Assembly (NCBI GenBank): GCA_963712115.1
Contig: CAVQGX010000027.1
Coordinates: 32,001 to 96,000 of the forward strand
Direction of reading: 5' to 3'
Length of the DNA stretch: 64,000 bases
Origin: an uncultured delta proteobacterium
GTDB lineage: Bacteria > Desulfobacterota > Syntrophobacteria > BM002
Under the pieces are notes generated by a model. It did not search any database and was not told where the DNA came from. It saw only the letters and a program-made list of their open reading frames with translations. Shown here piece after piece: positions 51,593 through 60,868 of the stretch (position 1 is its first letter; each line of letters opens with the position of its first letter). The position numbers and the translations under genes were made by a program.

Positions 51593-54277
51593 TCAAAAAT
51601 CAACAGATTTCAGATCAATGGTCAACTCCAATTCACCTGGATCATCAGATCTAGACACTTTGAAGCCAAGTTTGCGAGCCAGTGCCTGCATACCAGTGTT
51701 TTCATGCAAAACAATGCCCCAGACGGTTTCGATACCACGCTCTTTGGCGATGGCAAGGCATCTTTCCAGGAGCCTGGCTCCCACTCCTTTACCCTGCCAA
51801 GGATCTCCCACCAGAATGGCAAACTCAGCTCTTTTTCCATCAGGATCTGAGATCACCCGAGCGGTTGCCAACATCCGCTCTTTGTCGCCATTGGTTTTTT
51901 CCAGGGCTACCATATCTATCTCGCGGTCGTAGTCTACCTGGGTGAATCGCACTAACATGGAATGGGGCAGGGCCTTGAGGGTACCGAAAAACCGGTAATA
52001 GATGCTGGTTGGAGAGAGGGTGTCAAAAAGTTTCACCAGAAGAGGTGCGTCTTCTGGTTTGATTGGGCGGATAAATACGGCAAGGCCAGCCGAAGTGACT
52101 TCGTTAGACTCATATTGTTCCGGGTATGGACTGATAACTAGATGGAGGGGAGAGGATATGTATGTGGTCTCCAGTAGTATCCTCGCATCTACCACCTGAG
52201 GCTTGCCGTCAGTCACTATCACAGGATTCATATCCAGCTCTACTATTTCAGGGAAGTCCACAACTAGCTGGGCAAGGCGGAGGATCGTCTCTTGCAAAAG
52301 CTCCATATTAGCTGGAGGTCGGTTGCGGTAGCCTTTAAGGAGTCTATAGACCCGGGTTTTTTCCATGAGTCTTCTGGCCAAAAGAAGGTTGAGAGGTGGA
52401 AGGCCAATCTCTCTATCCTGGAGGACTTCTGTGTAAATTCCACCCATGCCGAAGAGGATCACCGGTCCGAAACTTGGGTCCTTTTTTGCCCCAAGGAGAA
52501 GTTCGTAATCCCCCCTGAGGATCATCGTTTGCAGGGTAACACCCTGGATCACAGCCTCTGGATCATACTCCCGAGCTCCTGTGACGATCTTTTTAAAAGC
52601 GTCAAAAACTTCGGCCTCAGAGCGGAGATTCAGCAAAATGCCATTGGCTTCTGTTTTGTGGAGGATGTCCGGTGAAAGGATTTTCATCACCAGGGGATAT
52701 CCCATTTCCTTCGCCTTTTCCACGGCTTCGTCAGCGGAGTTGGCAACTTCTGTGCGGTTTACCGGGAGGCCGTAGGCCCTGAGCAATTGTTTGGACTCAA
52801 ACTCTGTTAACACCTTTTTTTGCTGGCGAGATGCTTCGTCAATGATAGAACCGGCTAGCTGACGATCGAACTGAAGCGTGCGGGGGAGTTTCGGTGGAAT
52901 CTCTTGAAGGATCTCAAGGTTGCGGGAATATTCATGCATGTACATGAATGCCCGGATAGCCTGTTCGGGAGTACCATAGGTGGGAATTTCCGCCTGGTTC
53001 AAAATCTCCCTTCCTTTTTCCACATCTGCACCTCCCATCCAGGAAGCAAAGAGGGGGTACCGCCTGCTCTTAGAGATCCGGGCAAGCCCATTGGCCACAG
53101 CCGTGGGATCAGTCATAGCTTGTGGGGTAAGCACTGCCAGTACTCCGTCTAATTCATCTGCACCAATGCAGATCTTGACTACCTCAGTATACCTGTCAGG
53201 AGACGCATCTCCCAGAATGTCTATGGGGTTTGCATGGCTCCACGGAGCCGGTAAGAGAGCGTCCAGCTTCTCAACGGTATCGGCTTGCAGCGCTGCCGGC
53301 TCCAGACCATAGTGAGAAAGGGCATCAGCCGCCATGACTCCCGGTCCCCCGGCATTGGTCACAACCGCCAAACGAGACCCTGTGGGCCGGGGTTGTTTGG
53401 CCATCAGTTCGGCGCAGTCGAATAGCTCACCAATGGTGTTGACCCGGACAATGCCGGCCCTTTTAAAAGCAGCATCATAAACTGCATCCTCTCCAGCCAT
53501 TGCACCCGTGTGGGACGCTGCCGCCCTCCTACCAGCAGGGCTTCTCCCTGATTTTAGAACCACAATTGGTTTCAAGCGTGAGGCGGCGCGGGCTGCACTC
53601 ATGAATTTTCTGAAATTGGACAGGCTTTCCACATAGAGCAGGATGCTACTTACTTCTTGATCGATTCCCAGGTAATCGATCAAATCTCCAAAGTCCACAT
53701 CCATCATGGAGCCAATGCTGACGAAGTAGCTGAAGCCGATATTTTCCTTGGTAGAGAGATCCAGAATTGCCGAGCAGATGGCGCCGCTTTGAGAAATAAA
53801 GGCAAGTTTGCCCTTTTGGGGCATACGGGAAGCGAAGCTGGCATTAAGATTCCTCTGAGGGCAGATGATCCCGAGACAGTTGGGCCCAATTATTCTGAGA
53901 CCTCCTTTCCAGGCTTCCCACTCTATCTTTTTCTCTATGTCCATGCCTTGAGGTCCAACTTCTTTACCGCCAGCAGAGATAATGATTGCCCCTCCAACAT
54001 TTTTGGTAACACATTCTTTGACGATATCAGGAACCGTAGCAATGGGAGTGGCAATGATAGCAAGGTCGACTGCGGTGTCGGTATCCACAATAGAGGGGTA
54101 AGCTTTGAGAGCGTGGATGCTGCGATAGCGAGGGTTTACGGGATACACTTTCCCCTGGAAACCACCCTGGGTAAGATTTTCCACCAGCACACTGCCAATG
54201 CTGCCCTCCTTTTCACTGGCACCAATGACCGCTATGGATTCAGGTTTGAAGATTTTGTCAAGATTGTAAACACCCAT
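51593..54277 (-). CDS. Bifunctional acetate-CoA ligase (NDP-forming)-like / GNAT acetyltransferase (Pat/YfiQ type)
   Basis: VIGAS, GPNCLG, SQSGA, ASHTG, ATP-grasp (HKTE, ELDMNP), C-terminal GNAT (IRPIKPED, WQGKGVG). Confidence 0.92.
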   Translation of the reverse strand: MGVYNLDKIFKPESIAVIGASEKEGSIGSVLVENLTQGGFQGKVYPVNPRYRSIHALKAYPSIVDTDTAVDLAIIATPIATVPDIVKECVTKNVGGAIIISAGGKEVGPQGMDIEKKIEWEAWKGGLRIIGPNCLGIICPQRNLNASFASRMPQKGKLAFISQSGAICSAILDLSTKENIGFSYFVSIGSMMDVDFGDLIDYLGIDQEVSSILLYVESLSNFRKFMSAARAASRLKPIVVLKSGRSPAGRRAAASHTGAMAGEDAVYDAAFKRAGIVRVNTIGELFDCAELMAKQPRPTGSRLAVVTNAGGPGVMAADALSHYGLEPAALQADTVEKLDALLPAPWSHANPIDILGDASPDRYTEVVKICIGADELDGVLAVLTPQAMTDPTAVANGLARISKSRRYPLFASWMGGADVEKGREILNQAEIPTYGTPEQAIRAFMYMHEYSRNLEILQEIPPKLPRTLQFDRQLAGSIIDEASRQQKKVLTEFESKQLLRAYGLPVNRTEVANSADEAVEKAKEMGYPLVMKILSPDILHKTEANGILLNLRSEAEVFDAFKKIVTGAREYDPEAVIQGVTLQTMILRGDYELLLGAKKDPSFGPVILFGMGGIYTEVLQDREIGLPPLNLLLARRLMEKTRVYRLLKGYRNRPPANMELLQETILRLAQLVVDFPEIVELDMNPVIVTDGKPQVVDARILLETTYISSPLHLVISPYPEQYESNEVTSAGLAVFIRPIKPEDAPLLVKLFDTLSPTSIYYRFFGTLKALPHSMLVRFTQVDYDREIDMVALEKTNGDKERMLATARVISDPDGKRAEFAILVGDPWQGKGVGARLLERCLAIAKERGIETVWGIVLHENTGMQALARKLGFKVSRSDDPGELELTIDLKSVDF

Positions 54278-54436
54278 ATGTCCCCCAGGTGCGATAGAGG
54301 TTGCTCGGATCCCGGTGAAATTTTTCCAAGCTAAGAGAATTTGATGTTAAAATAACTTTCTATGACACAGTTTGAGTTTTCAGGCAAACTTCGAGCACGA
54401 ACTTCAAGATTAAAAAGCAATCTAATTAGATTTAAC

Positions 54437-54697
54437 CATAGAAAATCTGGTCCTCTGAGCCAGGTCAAGTTCTAGTGGCTTTGTCGGTAGACATGTCCAG
54501 CGGTTTTGGAGTACTGGAGTTTTGGAGTATTGGAGTGTTGGAAAAAGCTAAAAACCCCAAAGATGCAACTTTAGAGAATTTTTGCATTACTTCATTACTC
54601 CACCACTCCATTACTCCAGCATACCGCAGCATGAGGGAAAGCCCATGGCAACTGCCTCTGGGGGTGACTAGGTCCTTCGGGCCCGTATTCTTTCCTT
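54437..54697. mobile_element. Non-autonomous modular repeat element (family A, copy 4)
   Basis: CATAGAAAATCTGGTCC...GGGCCCGTATTCTTTCCTT. Core shared with 20154-20351 and right arm shared with 700-968. Confidence 0.7.
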
Positions 54698-54728
54698 TCA
54701 TAGAGCTCAGAAACCACGGAGTAGTGTT

Positions 54729-55427
54729 ATGAGAAACTGCATTGGTTTCAGTATTGTTTGTTTGACCTGTTTCCTGCTGGTTGCAGCAACAAAATCAGAC
54801 AGATATGTCAAGGACAATGTGTTTTATTCCTCCTCTCCAAAGCTGGAGGCTAAGGTTGATCCCAAGTTTAAGTATCTGGGAAGATTAGATTATACAATGG
54901 AACAACAATCCCCAGATCGCTTACAGTTGGTTGCTTATGAGACAAAATCCTATGTTTTCGTGGATGGTATTGAGAATAAGTTAAAAAGAGCCGTTTATGT
55001 ACAGTTACGTAGAGAGCAAAATAAGTATGTGGGCAATCTCCTTGGAGATGCAAGGGCAAATTTAAGGTCTGGAATATGCAGTCTAGGTGAAAAGGAATAT
55101 CAATGTTTCACTCGGGTGATTTTTCTTTCTGGGGATGAGCCTATAGCCAAGTTCATTTCCGAGCAAGGATATGTTCTTCCCACCTGTATATTAGCCAGAA
55201 CTTATGCGAGAGCTGACTCAGAGGAAAACACCTATCTCGTGGTTATAACTTATTTTGAGAACTTCTCTGATTCTGGCCTTAGCTGCGAAAGTTGGCAGAG
55301 CGAAGAACAACCGACAGAGGAGCATAAGCAATATCTTGAGGGATTCGATCGCAATTGTAAAGCTTCCTTCACCATCATCAAAAAAGGTTCTGAGAAGCCG
55401 GGAATCAGAAGGCTCCTCGGAAGGTGA
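54729..55427 (+). CDS. Exported hypothetical protein with several Cys
   Basis: Signal-like N-terminus, 232 aa, RBS GGAG. Confidence 0.65.
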   Translation: MRNCIGFSIVCLTCFLLVAATKSDRYVKDNVFYSSSPKLEAKVDPKFKYLGRLDYTMEQQSPDRLQLVAYETKSYVFVDGIENKLKRAVYVQLRREQNKYVGNLLGDARANLRSGICSLGEKEYQCFTRVIFLSGDEPIAKFISEQGYVLPTCILARTYARADSEENTYLVVITYFENFSDSGLSCESWQSEEQPTEEHKQYLEGFDRNCKASFTIIKKGSEKPGIRRLLGR

Positions 55428-55453
55428 AAATAGCATTGCAGTGGCAGCATAGA

Positions 55454-56452
55454 TTATCGGCTGCCGCCACCTTTTTTGAACTGGCGGATTACAAAGCGGC
55501 CTAAATCGCTAGGGTCATCTTTCCTGAGGTGCTTCTGAAGATCGGTCAGGGGAATCTCCGCCCGGGCTCTGGACCGGCGGCCACCAGCACTGCCGAGTCG
55601 ACCGAAGGCACTGTTTGCCCAATTCCCAGCATCCTTGCGGAAACCATCGTTACGGATGACCACCACCAGAGTTTTCCGGTAGACACCGGAGACTACAACC
55701 CAGGCAATCTCATGCAGCCTCATGAAAAAATCGGCAACCAGCACGAGATTGTCCGGAGACTCGACTTGACCAAGGTGGCTGAAGATTTTCCCCTTGATGA
55801 TCTCTTTGCTTTCGAGAGCACGGCGGAAATATTTGAGATCCTCCGTCCCCATGTCGGCCATCTCAATCTTTCGCAAAAGATTCATGTTGGAGTGAGGGAA
55901 AAGATAACGGAAAGCCTTGATATCCTCTTCTGTTACACCTGACTCAAAATTGCCGGTGTCAACCCTTATGGCAAAAAGAAGGGCAGTAGCCAGGCTTTTG
56001 GAGGGGCGTAATTTGGCTGCCCGGAGATACTCGCTCATGATGGTGGCCGTGGCGCCATATTGTGGACGAATGTCTACAAAAGAGGCCTGCAATTGTTGTG
56101 ATACAGGATGGTGGTCGATGACCACATCATATTTGAGCGCAGCAAATGACTCGCTGTGATTGGGCTGACCGTCCACCAGGACAGTCTTGGTGAAGTCAGA
56201 AACTCGTAGACTTTGGGGTTTTACTAGGGGCATTTTCAAAAGTCTAATCATTGTAAGGTTGTCGAAACGCTTGATTTCGTTGAAATGGGTAATAGTCACC
56301 GCCTTGACCTTACGCCAGAGAAGACGCTTGAGAGCCATGGCCGAGGCCAAGGAGTCAGGGTCAGCACATATGGTTATCAGAACCTTGTCTTTGGAGTTGA
56401 AAACCTTTAAGAGTTCTCGCAGACGATCCTGCCGGGATCTGGTGGGAGACAT
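55454..56452 (-). CDS. DHH family phosphoesterase (stand-alone DHH/DHHA1)
   Basis: ADPDSLAS, LVDGQ, IDHH, YGATAT, VDTG, GSAGG. Confidence 0.9.
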   Translation of the reverse strand: MSPTRSRQDRLRELLKVFNSKDKVLITICADPDSLASAMALKRLLWRKVKAVTITHFNEIKRFDNLTMIRLLKMPLVKPQSLRVSDFTKTVLVDGQPNHSESFAALKYDVVIDHHPVSQQLQASFVDIRPQYGATATIMSEYLRAAKLRPSKSLATALLFAIRVDTGNFESGVTEEDIKAFRYLFPHSNMNLLRKIEMADMGTEDLKYFRRALESKEIIKGKIFSHLGQVESPDNLVLVADFFMRLHEIAWVVVSGVYRKTLVVVIRNDGFRKDAGNWANSAFGRLGSAGGRRSRARAEIPLTDLQKHLRKDDPSDLGRFVIRQFKKGGGSR

Positions 56453-56718
56453 TATCTTACCTCGCTAACCACAATAAAGGATAGCAGCTGTTGCACAAGT
56501 GGTCAAATTCCCCCTGATCACCATCAAGGCATCATCTGCCGTTCGACAGGCTCACGGCCCTGAGCAAAGTCGAAGGGCGGCGTTGCCTTCGATCGCTCCT
56601 CCCCCCGCCTGCGCGGGGGCATGCTTGCGGCGTATTGCCCCATACGCCTCAGTCGTCGCTCCTCGGCGCCTTGCATCTAATACCTTGGGCAGTTTCCCCA
56701 GAAATATTGTTGTGATCA

Positions 56719-57040
56719 AGCCCGGATGTTTCATGAATCACCTGCTACGACCGCGGATTCGACCGTCCTTCCAGGTGTCCTCGGGTGTCGGCCCCTGCGA
56801 CGTACCATTCAGGTACGCCTCGGCTTCGATTTCGGATCTCGGATTTCGGATCTCGGATTTTTGACTACAATTGATGATATCGAACTTAACAGTGCAGATA
56901 CCGCCATTTGTTTCCTGCTTCTCACGAGCTTTTCAGCAAATTTTTAATCCGCATTCCGCAATCCGCATTCCGCAATCGTCGACCAGGTGGCACGGTCGTC
57001 TTCGCGGTCTCGCGACAGCAATTCATGAAAGATCCAGGCT
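56719..57040. mobile_element. MITE-like element with 20-bp terminal inverted repeats (family C)
   Basis: AGCCCGGATGTTTCATGAAT / ATTCATGAAAGATCCAGGCT. Internal GATTTCG/GATCTCG heptamers inverted against CCGCAWT. An orphan end lies at 12778-12795. Confidence 0.7.
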
Positions 57041-57163
57041 AGGCCACGGGGAAGCTACTCCACAACGCGAAATTGAATCCCGCTAAAGCAGGATTCGAAA
57101 TGTAAGGAAGATATCTCATCTTATTGTAGTTCGCTCGCAGTCCCCAGTCCCGCATGGCGGAAA

Positions 57164-58060
57164 TCAATAAACCTTCCTTGATCCGTGCCGATTTCCAAGG
57201 ACCTCCACAGTGTTGTTGACCACCACGAAAGCCCCCGGGTCGATGGCAAATATAACATCCTTTAGCTTGGGGAGTTCTGTGAGGGTGGTGATGGTAAAGA
57301 GCACATCTCTTTCTTTCCCGGTGTAAGCCCCCTTTCCCTTTAGGAAAGTAACGCCACGATTTACCTTGTTGAAAATTTCTTTGGCCATCTCACCTGTTTT
57401 TTCCGAGATAACCATGGTGGACAACCGCTGGTTGAATCCAGTGAGGACGGCATCAAGTACCCGGCTGCTGGTGAACACATAGATAAGGGTGTAGAGGGCT
57501 ATTTCCAGTCCAAAAAAATAAGCACCGACCATTAGCACCATAGAGTTAAAAACAAAACTAACCGATCCAGGACGGAAGCCGAATTTCTGGTTTGCATGTA
57601 TTGCCAGAATGTCAATGCCACCTGTTGAGCCGATGGAGCGCAGAATGATTCCAACTCCTGCTCCGCAGATGATGCCGGCAAATAGGGCGGCGAGGATAGG
57701 GTCCTCGATGGCGGCAGCGGGTGGCGTGATAAAAGCGGCGGCCAAGGAAAAAAAGCCCATTCCATAAAGGGTATAGAGGAGAAATCTGCGACTAATGGAG
57801 AAAAATCCCAGGAGCATCAGAGGTATGTTCAGTAAAAAATAGGCAAGCCCTACGTTCAGCTTGGGAAAAAGATAGTGAAATATGAGAGCAATACCTGTAA
57901 CTCCCGCACTCAGCAATTTACTGGGAATCAAAACGGAGTTCATCCCTATGACGAAAATTAGACTTCCGGCAGAGATAAGACAAAGGTTGTAAAGAACTGT
58001 TTTCCAGGACTTGGCGATTAAGTCGAGGTGAAGGTCCTTGGCCTGAAGTTTTATCTCCAT
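57164..58060 (-). CDS. YitT family membrane protein (C-terminal DUF2179, PII-like)
   Basis: GVTGIAL, LNIPL, GSTGGIDI, RGVTFLKGKGAYTG, IDPGAFV. Confidence 0.92.
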   Translation of the reverse strand: MEIKLQAKDLHLDLIAKSWKTVLYNLCLISAGSLIFVIGMNSVLIPSKLLSAGVTGIALIFHYLFPKLNVGLAYFLLNIPLMLLGFFSISRRFLLYTLYGMGFFSLAAAFITPPAAAIEDPILAALFAGIICGAGVGIILRSIGSTGGIDILAIHANQKFGFRPGSVSFVFNSMVLMVGAYFFGLEIALYTLIYVFTSSRVLDAVLTGFNQRLSTMVISEKTGEMAKEIFNKVNRGVTFLKGKGAYTGKERDVLFTITTLTELPKLKDVIFAIDPGAFVVVNNTVEVLGNRHGSRKVY

Positions 58061-58172
58061 GGGAGTTCTCCTTGTGTCTGCAGATATTCGGGCTAGCTCC
58101 TGCCATTTGATCTTAGATTCTTTCCCCAGTTTCGGCAAACCATCTTTCAACAAACAAAAAGCTGGCACTCAA

Positions 58173-58188
58173 AGCAGAACTCATGCCA
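58173..58188 (-). promoter_or_regulatory. Sigma-54 (-24/-12) promoter of yitT
   Basis: TGGCATGAGTTCTGCT on the minus strand, with correct GG-N10-GC spacing. Confidence 0.65.
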
Positions 58189-58241
58189 AAAATATAATAT
58201 ATTGAATTCAATGGTAATTTGTCCACTGAATATATAAGTGC

Positions 58242-58260
58242 CAGAACTGTCAGTTCCGAT
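58242..58260 (-). promoter_or_regulatory. Putative activator site ATCGGA-N7-GTTCTG (yitT)
   Basis: ATCGGAACTGACAGTTCTG, 53 bp upstream of the sigma-54 site. Confidence 0.65.
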
Positions 58261-58467
58261 AATCGAAAGAAGGAAGGGTGGGCAATTTAGATGAAGACAG
58301 GGATAATCATCTAAATATCTGAAATGAAATGAAAATAAAAAAAAGAGAATTTCGAGTTCTCATATTTATTTTAACGGAACCCCAAATTCCTCTTTCTAGA
58401 TTATTGTTTGATTACAAATGTTTATGCCCCTCGAGATGTTCTCCTTTGGCTACGATCAGGCCAAATA

Positions 58468-58486
58468 ATCGGAAGCTATGGTTCTG
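58468..58486 (+). promoter_or_regulatory. Putative activator site ATCGGA-N7-GTTCTG (DUF2914 gene)
   Basis: ATCGGAAGCTATGGTTCTG, 52 bp upstream of the sigma-54 site. Confidence 0.65.
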
Positions 58487-58538
58487 ATTGCATTCTTTCC
58501 TTTAAATTTTATTAAGTAATATTAAACATTTAATTAGT

Positions 58539-58554
58539 TGGTACGTGGATTGCT
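58539..58554 (+). promoter_or_regulatory. Sigma-54 promoter of the DUF2914 gene
   Basis: TGGTACGTGGATTGCT. Confidence 0.7.
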
Positions 58555-58631
58555 GTTGCAAGATCTAATTGGAACAATCCAGGCCGTGGGATGAATACGG
58601 CTACAACCTTAACTAAGAAAGGGAAAGTCAG

Positions 58632-59102
58632 ATGAAAAAGCAAGTTTTAGTTTTTGCCATGGTAGCCGCTGTGCTTATGCTCCTGAGTGGGCAGGTCGCG
58701 GCGCAGACTCAGGCGTCCGCCCCAGCCCAGGAGACTACCCAAGCCCAGGAGGCTACGACAGTTCAGGAACCCTCTAATCTGCAAGTGGAAGTCGCTACTG
58801 TTTCCAAAGATGTAATCGATCGGGCTCCAGTGGAAGCGGGGAGCAGTTTTCCTGCCTCAGTAGGTAAGCTTTTCTGCTTCACCAAAATCACCGGCGCTTT
58901 GAACCCCACTCACGTTACCCACGTGTGGTTTTTTGACGGTACCGAGCGAGCCAGGGTAGAACTTGAGGTCAATTCTGCCAGTTGGCGCACCTACAGCTCA
59001 AAAAATATCGAGAATCACGAGGCGGGCGCCTGGCGTGTCGAGGTAGTTGATTCCGCGGGTAATGTGTTGCAGACCTTGAATTTCGAAGTAACACCCTCAT
59101 AA
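58632..59102 (+). CDS. DUF2914 domain-containing exported protein
   Basis: Signal peptide, QE/T-rich linker, LFCFT...VTHVW...WRTYSSK...GAWRVEV. Confidence 0.88.
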   Translation: MKKQVLVFAMVAAVLMLLSGQVAAQTQASAPAQETTQAQEATTVQEPSNLQVEVATVSKDVIDRAPVEAGSSFPASVGKLFCFTKITGALNPTHVTHVWFFDGTERARVELEVNSASWRTYSSKNIENHEAGAWRVEVVDSAGNVLQTLNFEVTPS

Positions 59103-59327
59103 GCACTGGCCTGCAAAACGTAAAAGAGCTAAGGAGCCGCTCAGGCTAATAAAATAACCGCAGCGTTGAGTCCCTTGGCGAATAATTAGAGGAAAGCAGA
59201 ACAAACAATTCCTATGGTCTTAGAATCGGATGCGTGAGTTCTGCTTTCCAAAATTATGTGATAATTTAATTAGTTATTCGGCCTAAAATTTCTTCTTTTG
59301 CACCGGATTCCACTTTTTCTCGCCAAA

Positions 59328-59346
59328 ATCGGAACTTATAGTTCTG
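59328..59346 (+). promoter_or_regulatory. Putative activator site ATCGGA-N7-GTTCTG (kamA operon); second copy at 59225-59243
   Basis: ATCGGAACTTATAGTTCTG, 53 bp upstream of the sigma-54 site. Confidence 0.65.
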
Positions 59347-59399
59347 GCACGTCTGCACTGATCAAAAACAAACATAAAAATATTAATAGGTTATGCAAA

Positions 59400-59415
59400 T
59401 GGCACGTTGTTTGCC
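59400..59415 (+). promoter_or_regulatory. Sigma-54 promoter of the kamA-like operon
   Basis: TGGCACGTTGTTTGCC matches the TGGCACG-N4-TTGC consensus. Confidence 0.8.
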
Positions 59416-59530
59416 ATGGTTGAAAGTCGGCCCCACTAATAGTTTGTGGGTTGAATGGAGCGTTATTTCCTAAAATCCGGCACGATTGATTTTCATTGTG
59501 GCCGTGCCCAGTAAAAGGAGGCGAGGAGAG

Positions 59531-60868
59531 ATGAAAACGGTAATTCCTTGTCCAGAAGAAATTGAACCTTTGGGTTGCCTGCCCAGGTCTGGGCAGGTGG
59601 AGGAGAATTCCTCAAAGGACCAAATATTTGTTGAGTACAGGAAATCCAGGTCCGGCAAGAAGACCTATGGTATTTCAAGATTTCCTGCAAGTTTACGTTC
59701 TTCAACTTTCCGCAGACGTTTCTTTTCTGAAGCGACCAGCGCTGAGTGGAACCATTGGCGCTGGCAGCTGGCTAACCGAATCAGCAATCTTTCCCAACTG
59801 GAGCGCATCATTCGGCTCAGCGACGATGAGCGCCATGGTATTGGCCGCAATGGTAATTCACTTCCTCTGGCCATAACCCCTTACTATGCGAGCCTCCTGG
59901 ACGAAGAAAATCCGTTGCAACCCCTGCGGCGTACCGTGGTGCCGGTAAAAGGGGAGCACCTGCACTCCCAGGGCGAAGCGGAAGATCCCCTGGAAGAAGA
60001 TCATGATAGCCCTGTGCCAGGGATAGTCCACCGCTATCCTGACAGGGTCCTTTTTCTGGTTACGGACTTCTGTTCCACTTACTGCCGTTATTGCACTCGT
60101 TCTCGCATGGTTGGTCACAATAGAGCCTTTAGGCCGGAGCATTGGCAACAGGGCATCGACTACATCAAAGCTACGCCGGCAGTCAGGGATGTGCTGCTAT
60201 CCGGTGGCGACCCGTTGACCCTGCCGGACGAGAAACTTGAATGGCTCCTGTCCCGGCTAAGGAGGATTCCCCATGTGGAACTGTTGCGCATTGGCAGCAA
60301 AGTGCCTGTGGTTTTGCCACAGCGGATTACAGCATCCCTCACCAGGATGCTAAAGCGCTACCACCCACTCTGGATGAGTATTCATTTCACCCACCCAGAT
60401 GAACTTACTCCTGAGTCAAGTCAGGCCTGCGAACGACTGGCGGATGCCGGCATTCCTTTGGGCAGTCAGACTGTGTTGCTGGCCGGAATCAATGATGATG
60501 TGGAAACCATGAAACGATTAGTTCACGGGCTACTGAAGATTCGGGTGAAGCCCTACTACCTCTATCAGTGCGATCCTATTTTGGGATCGGCTCATTTCCG
60601 CACACCTGTTGGCAAGGGCCTTGAGATCATTCAGGGTTTGCGAGGTCACACTAGCGGTTATGCGGTGCCCACTTATGCCATCGACGCCCCGGGAGGCGGT
60701 GGCAAGATTCCCTTGCTTCCCGATTACCTTGTCGGCCGTGAGGGTGATTACCTTGTTCTAAAAAATTATGAGGGCCGGACATTTTACTATCCTGACCCCC
60801 CTCCACCCCAAAGCCACTCCGCCGGCACTCCTTTGAGGCCAGAAGCTGGGGAGAGGAGAAGTTGCTGA
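59531..60868 (+). CDS. kamA: KamA family radical SAM aminomutase (lysine 2,3-aminomutase-like)
   Basis: WRWQL, HRYPDRVL, CSTYCRYC, LSGGDPL, YLYQCD, DAPGGGGK (PLP lysine). Confidence 0.92.
   Translation: MKTVIPCPEEIEPLGCLPRSGQVEENSSKDQIFVEYRKSRSGKKTYGISRFPASLRSSTFRRRFFSEATSAEWNHWRWQLANRISNLSQLERIIRLSDDERHGIGRNGNSLPLAITPYYASLLDEENPLQPLRRTVVPVKGEHLHSQGEAEDPLEEDHDSPVPGIVHRYPDRVLFLVTDFCSTYCRYCTRSRMVGHNRAFRPEHWQQGIDYIKATPAVRDVLLSGGDPLTLPDEKLEWLLSRLRRIPHVELLRIGSKVPVVLPQRITASLTRMLKRYHPLWMSIHFTHPDELTPESSQACERLADAGIPLGSQTVLLAGINDDVETMKRLVHGLLKIRVKPYYLYQCDPILGSAHFRTPVGKGLEIIQGLRGHTSGYAVPTYAIDAPGGGGKIPLLPDYLVGREGDYLVLKNYEGRTFYYPDPPPPQSHSAGTPLRPEAGERRSC

Noticed and set aside
59190-59249. Inverted repeat GGAAAGCAGAAC...GTTCTGCTTTCC considered as a terminator or ncRNA
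   Set aside because: The 36-nt loop and lack of a U-tract argue against it, and it overlaps a copy of the activator motif, so its function is unresolved.
59531-60868. KamA-like gene interpreted as EF-P beta-lysylation EpmB, lysine-fermentation KamA, or glutamate 2,3-aminomutase
   Set aside because: No efp/epmA or kamDE/kdd genes are adjacent in the window, and the acidic substrate-binding residues argue against a glutamate substrate.
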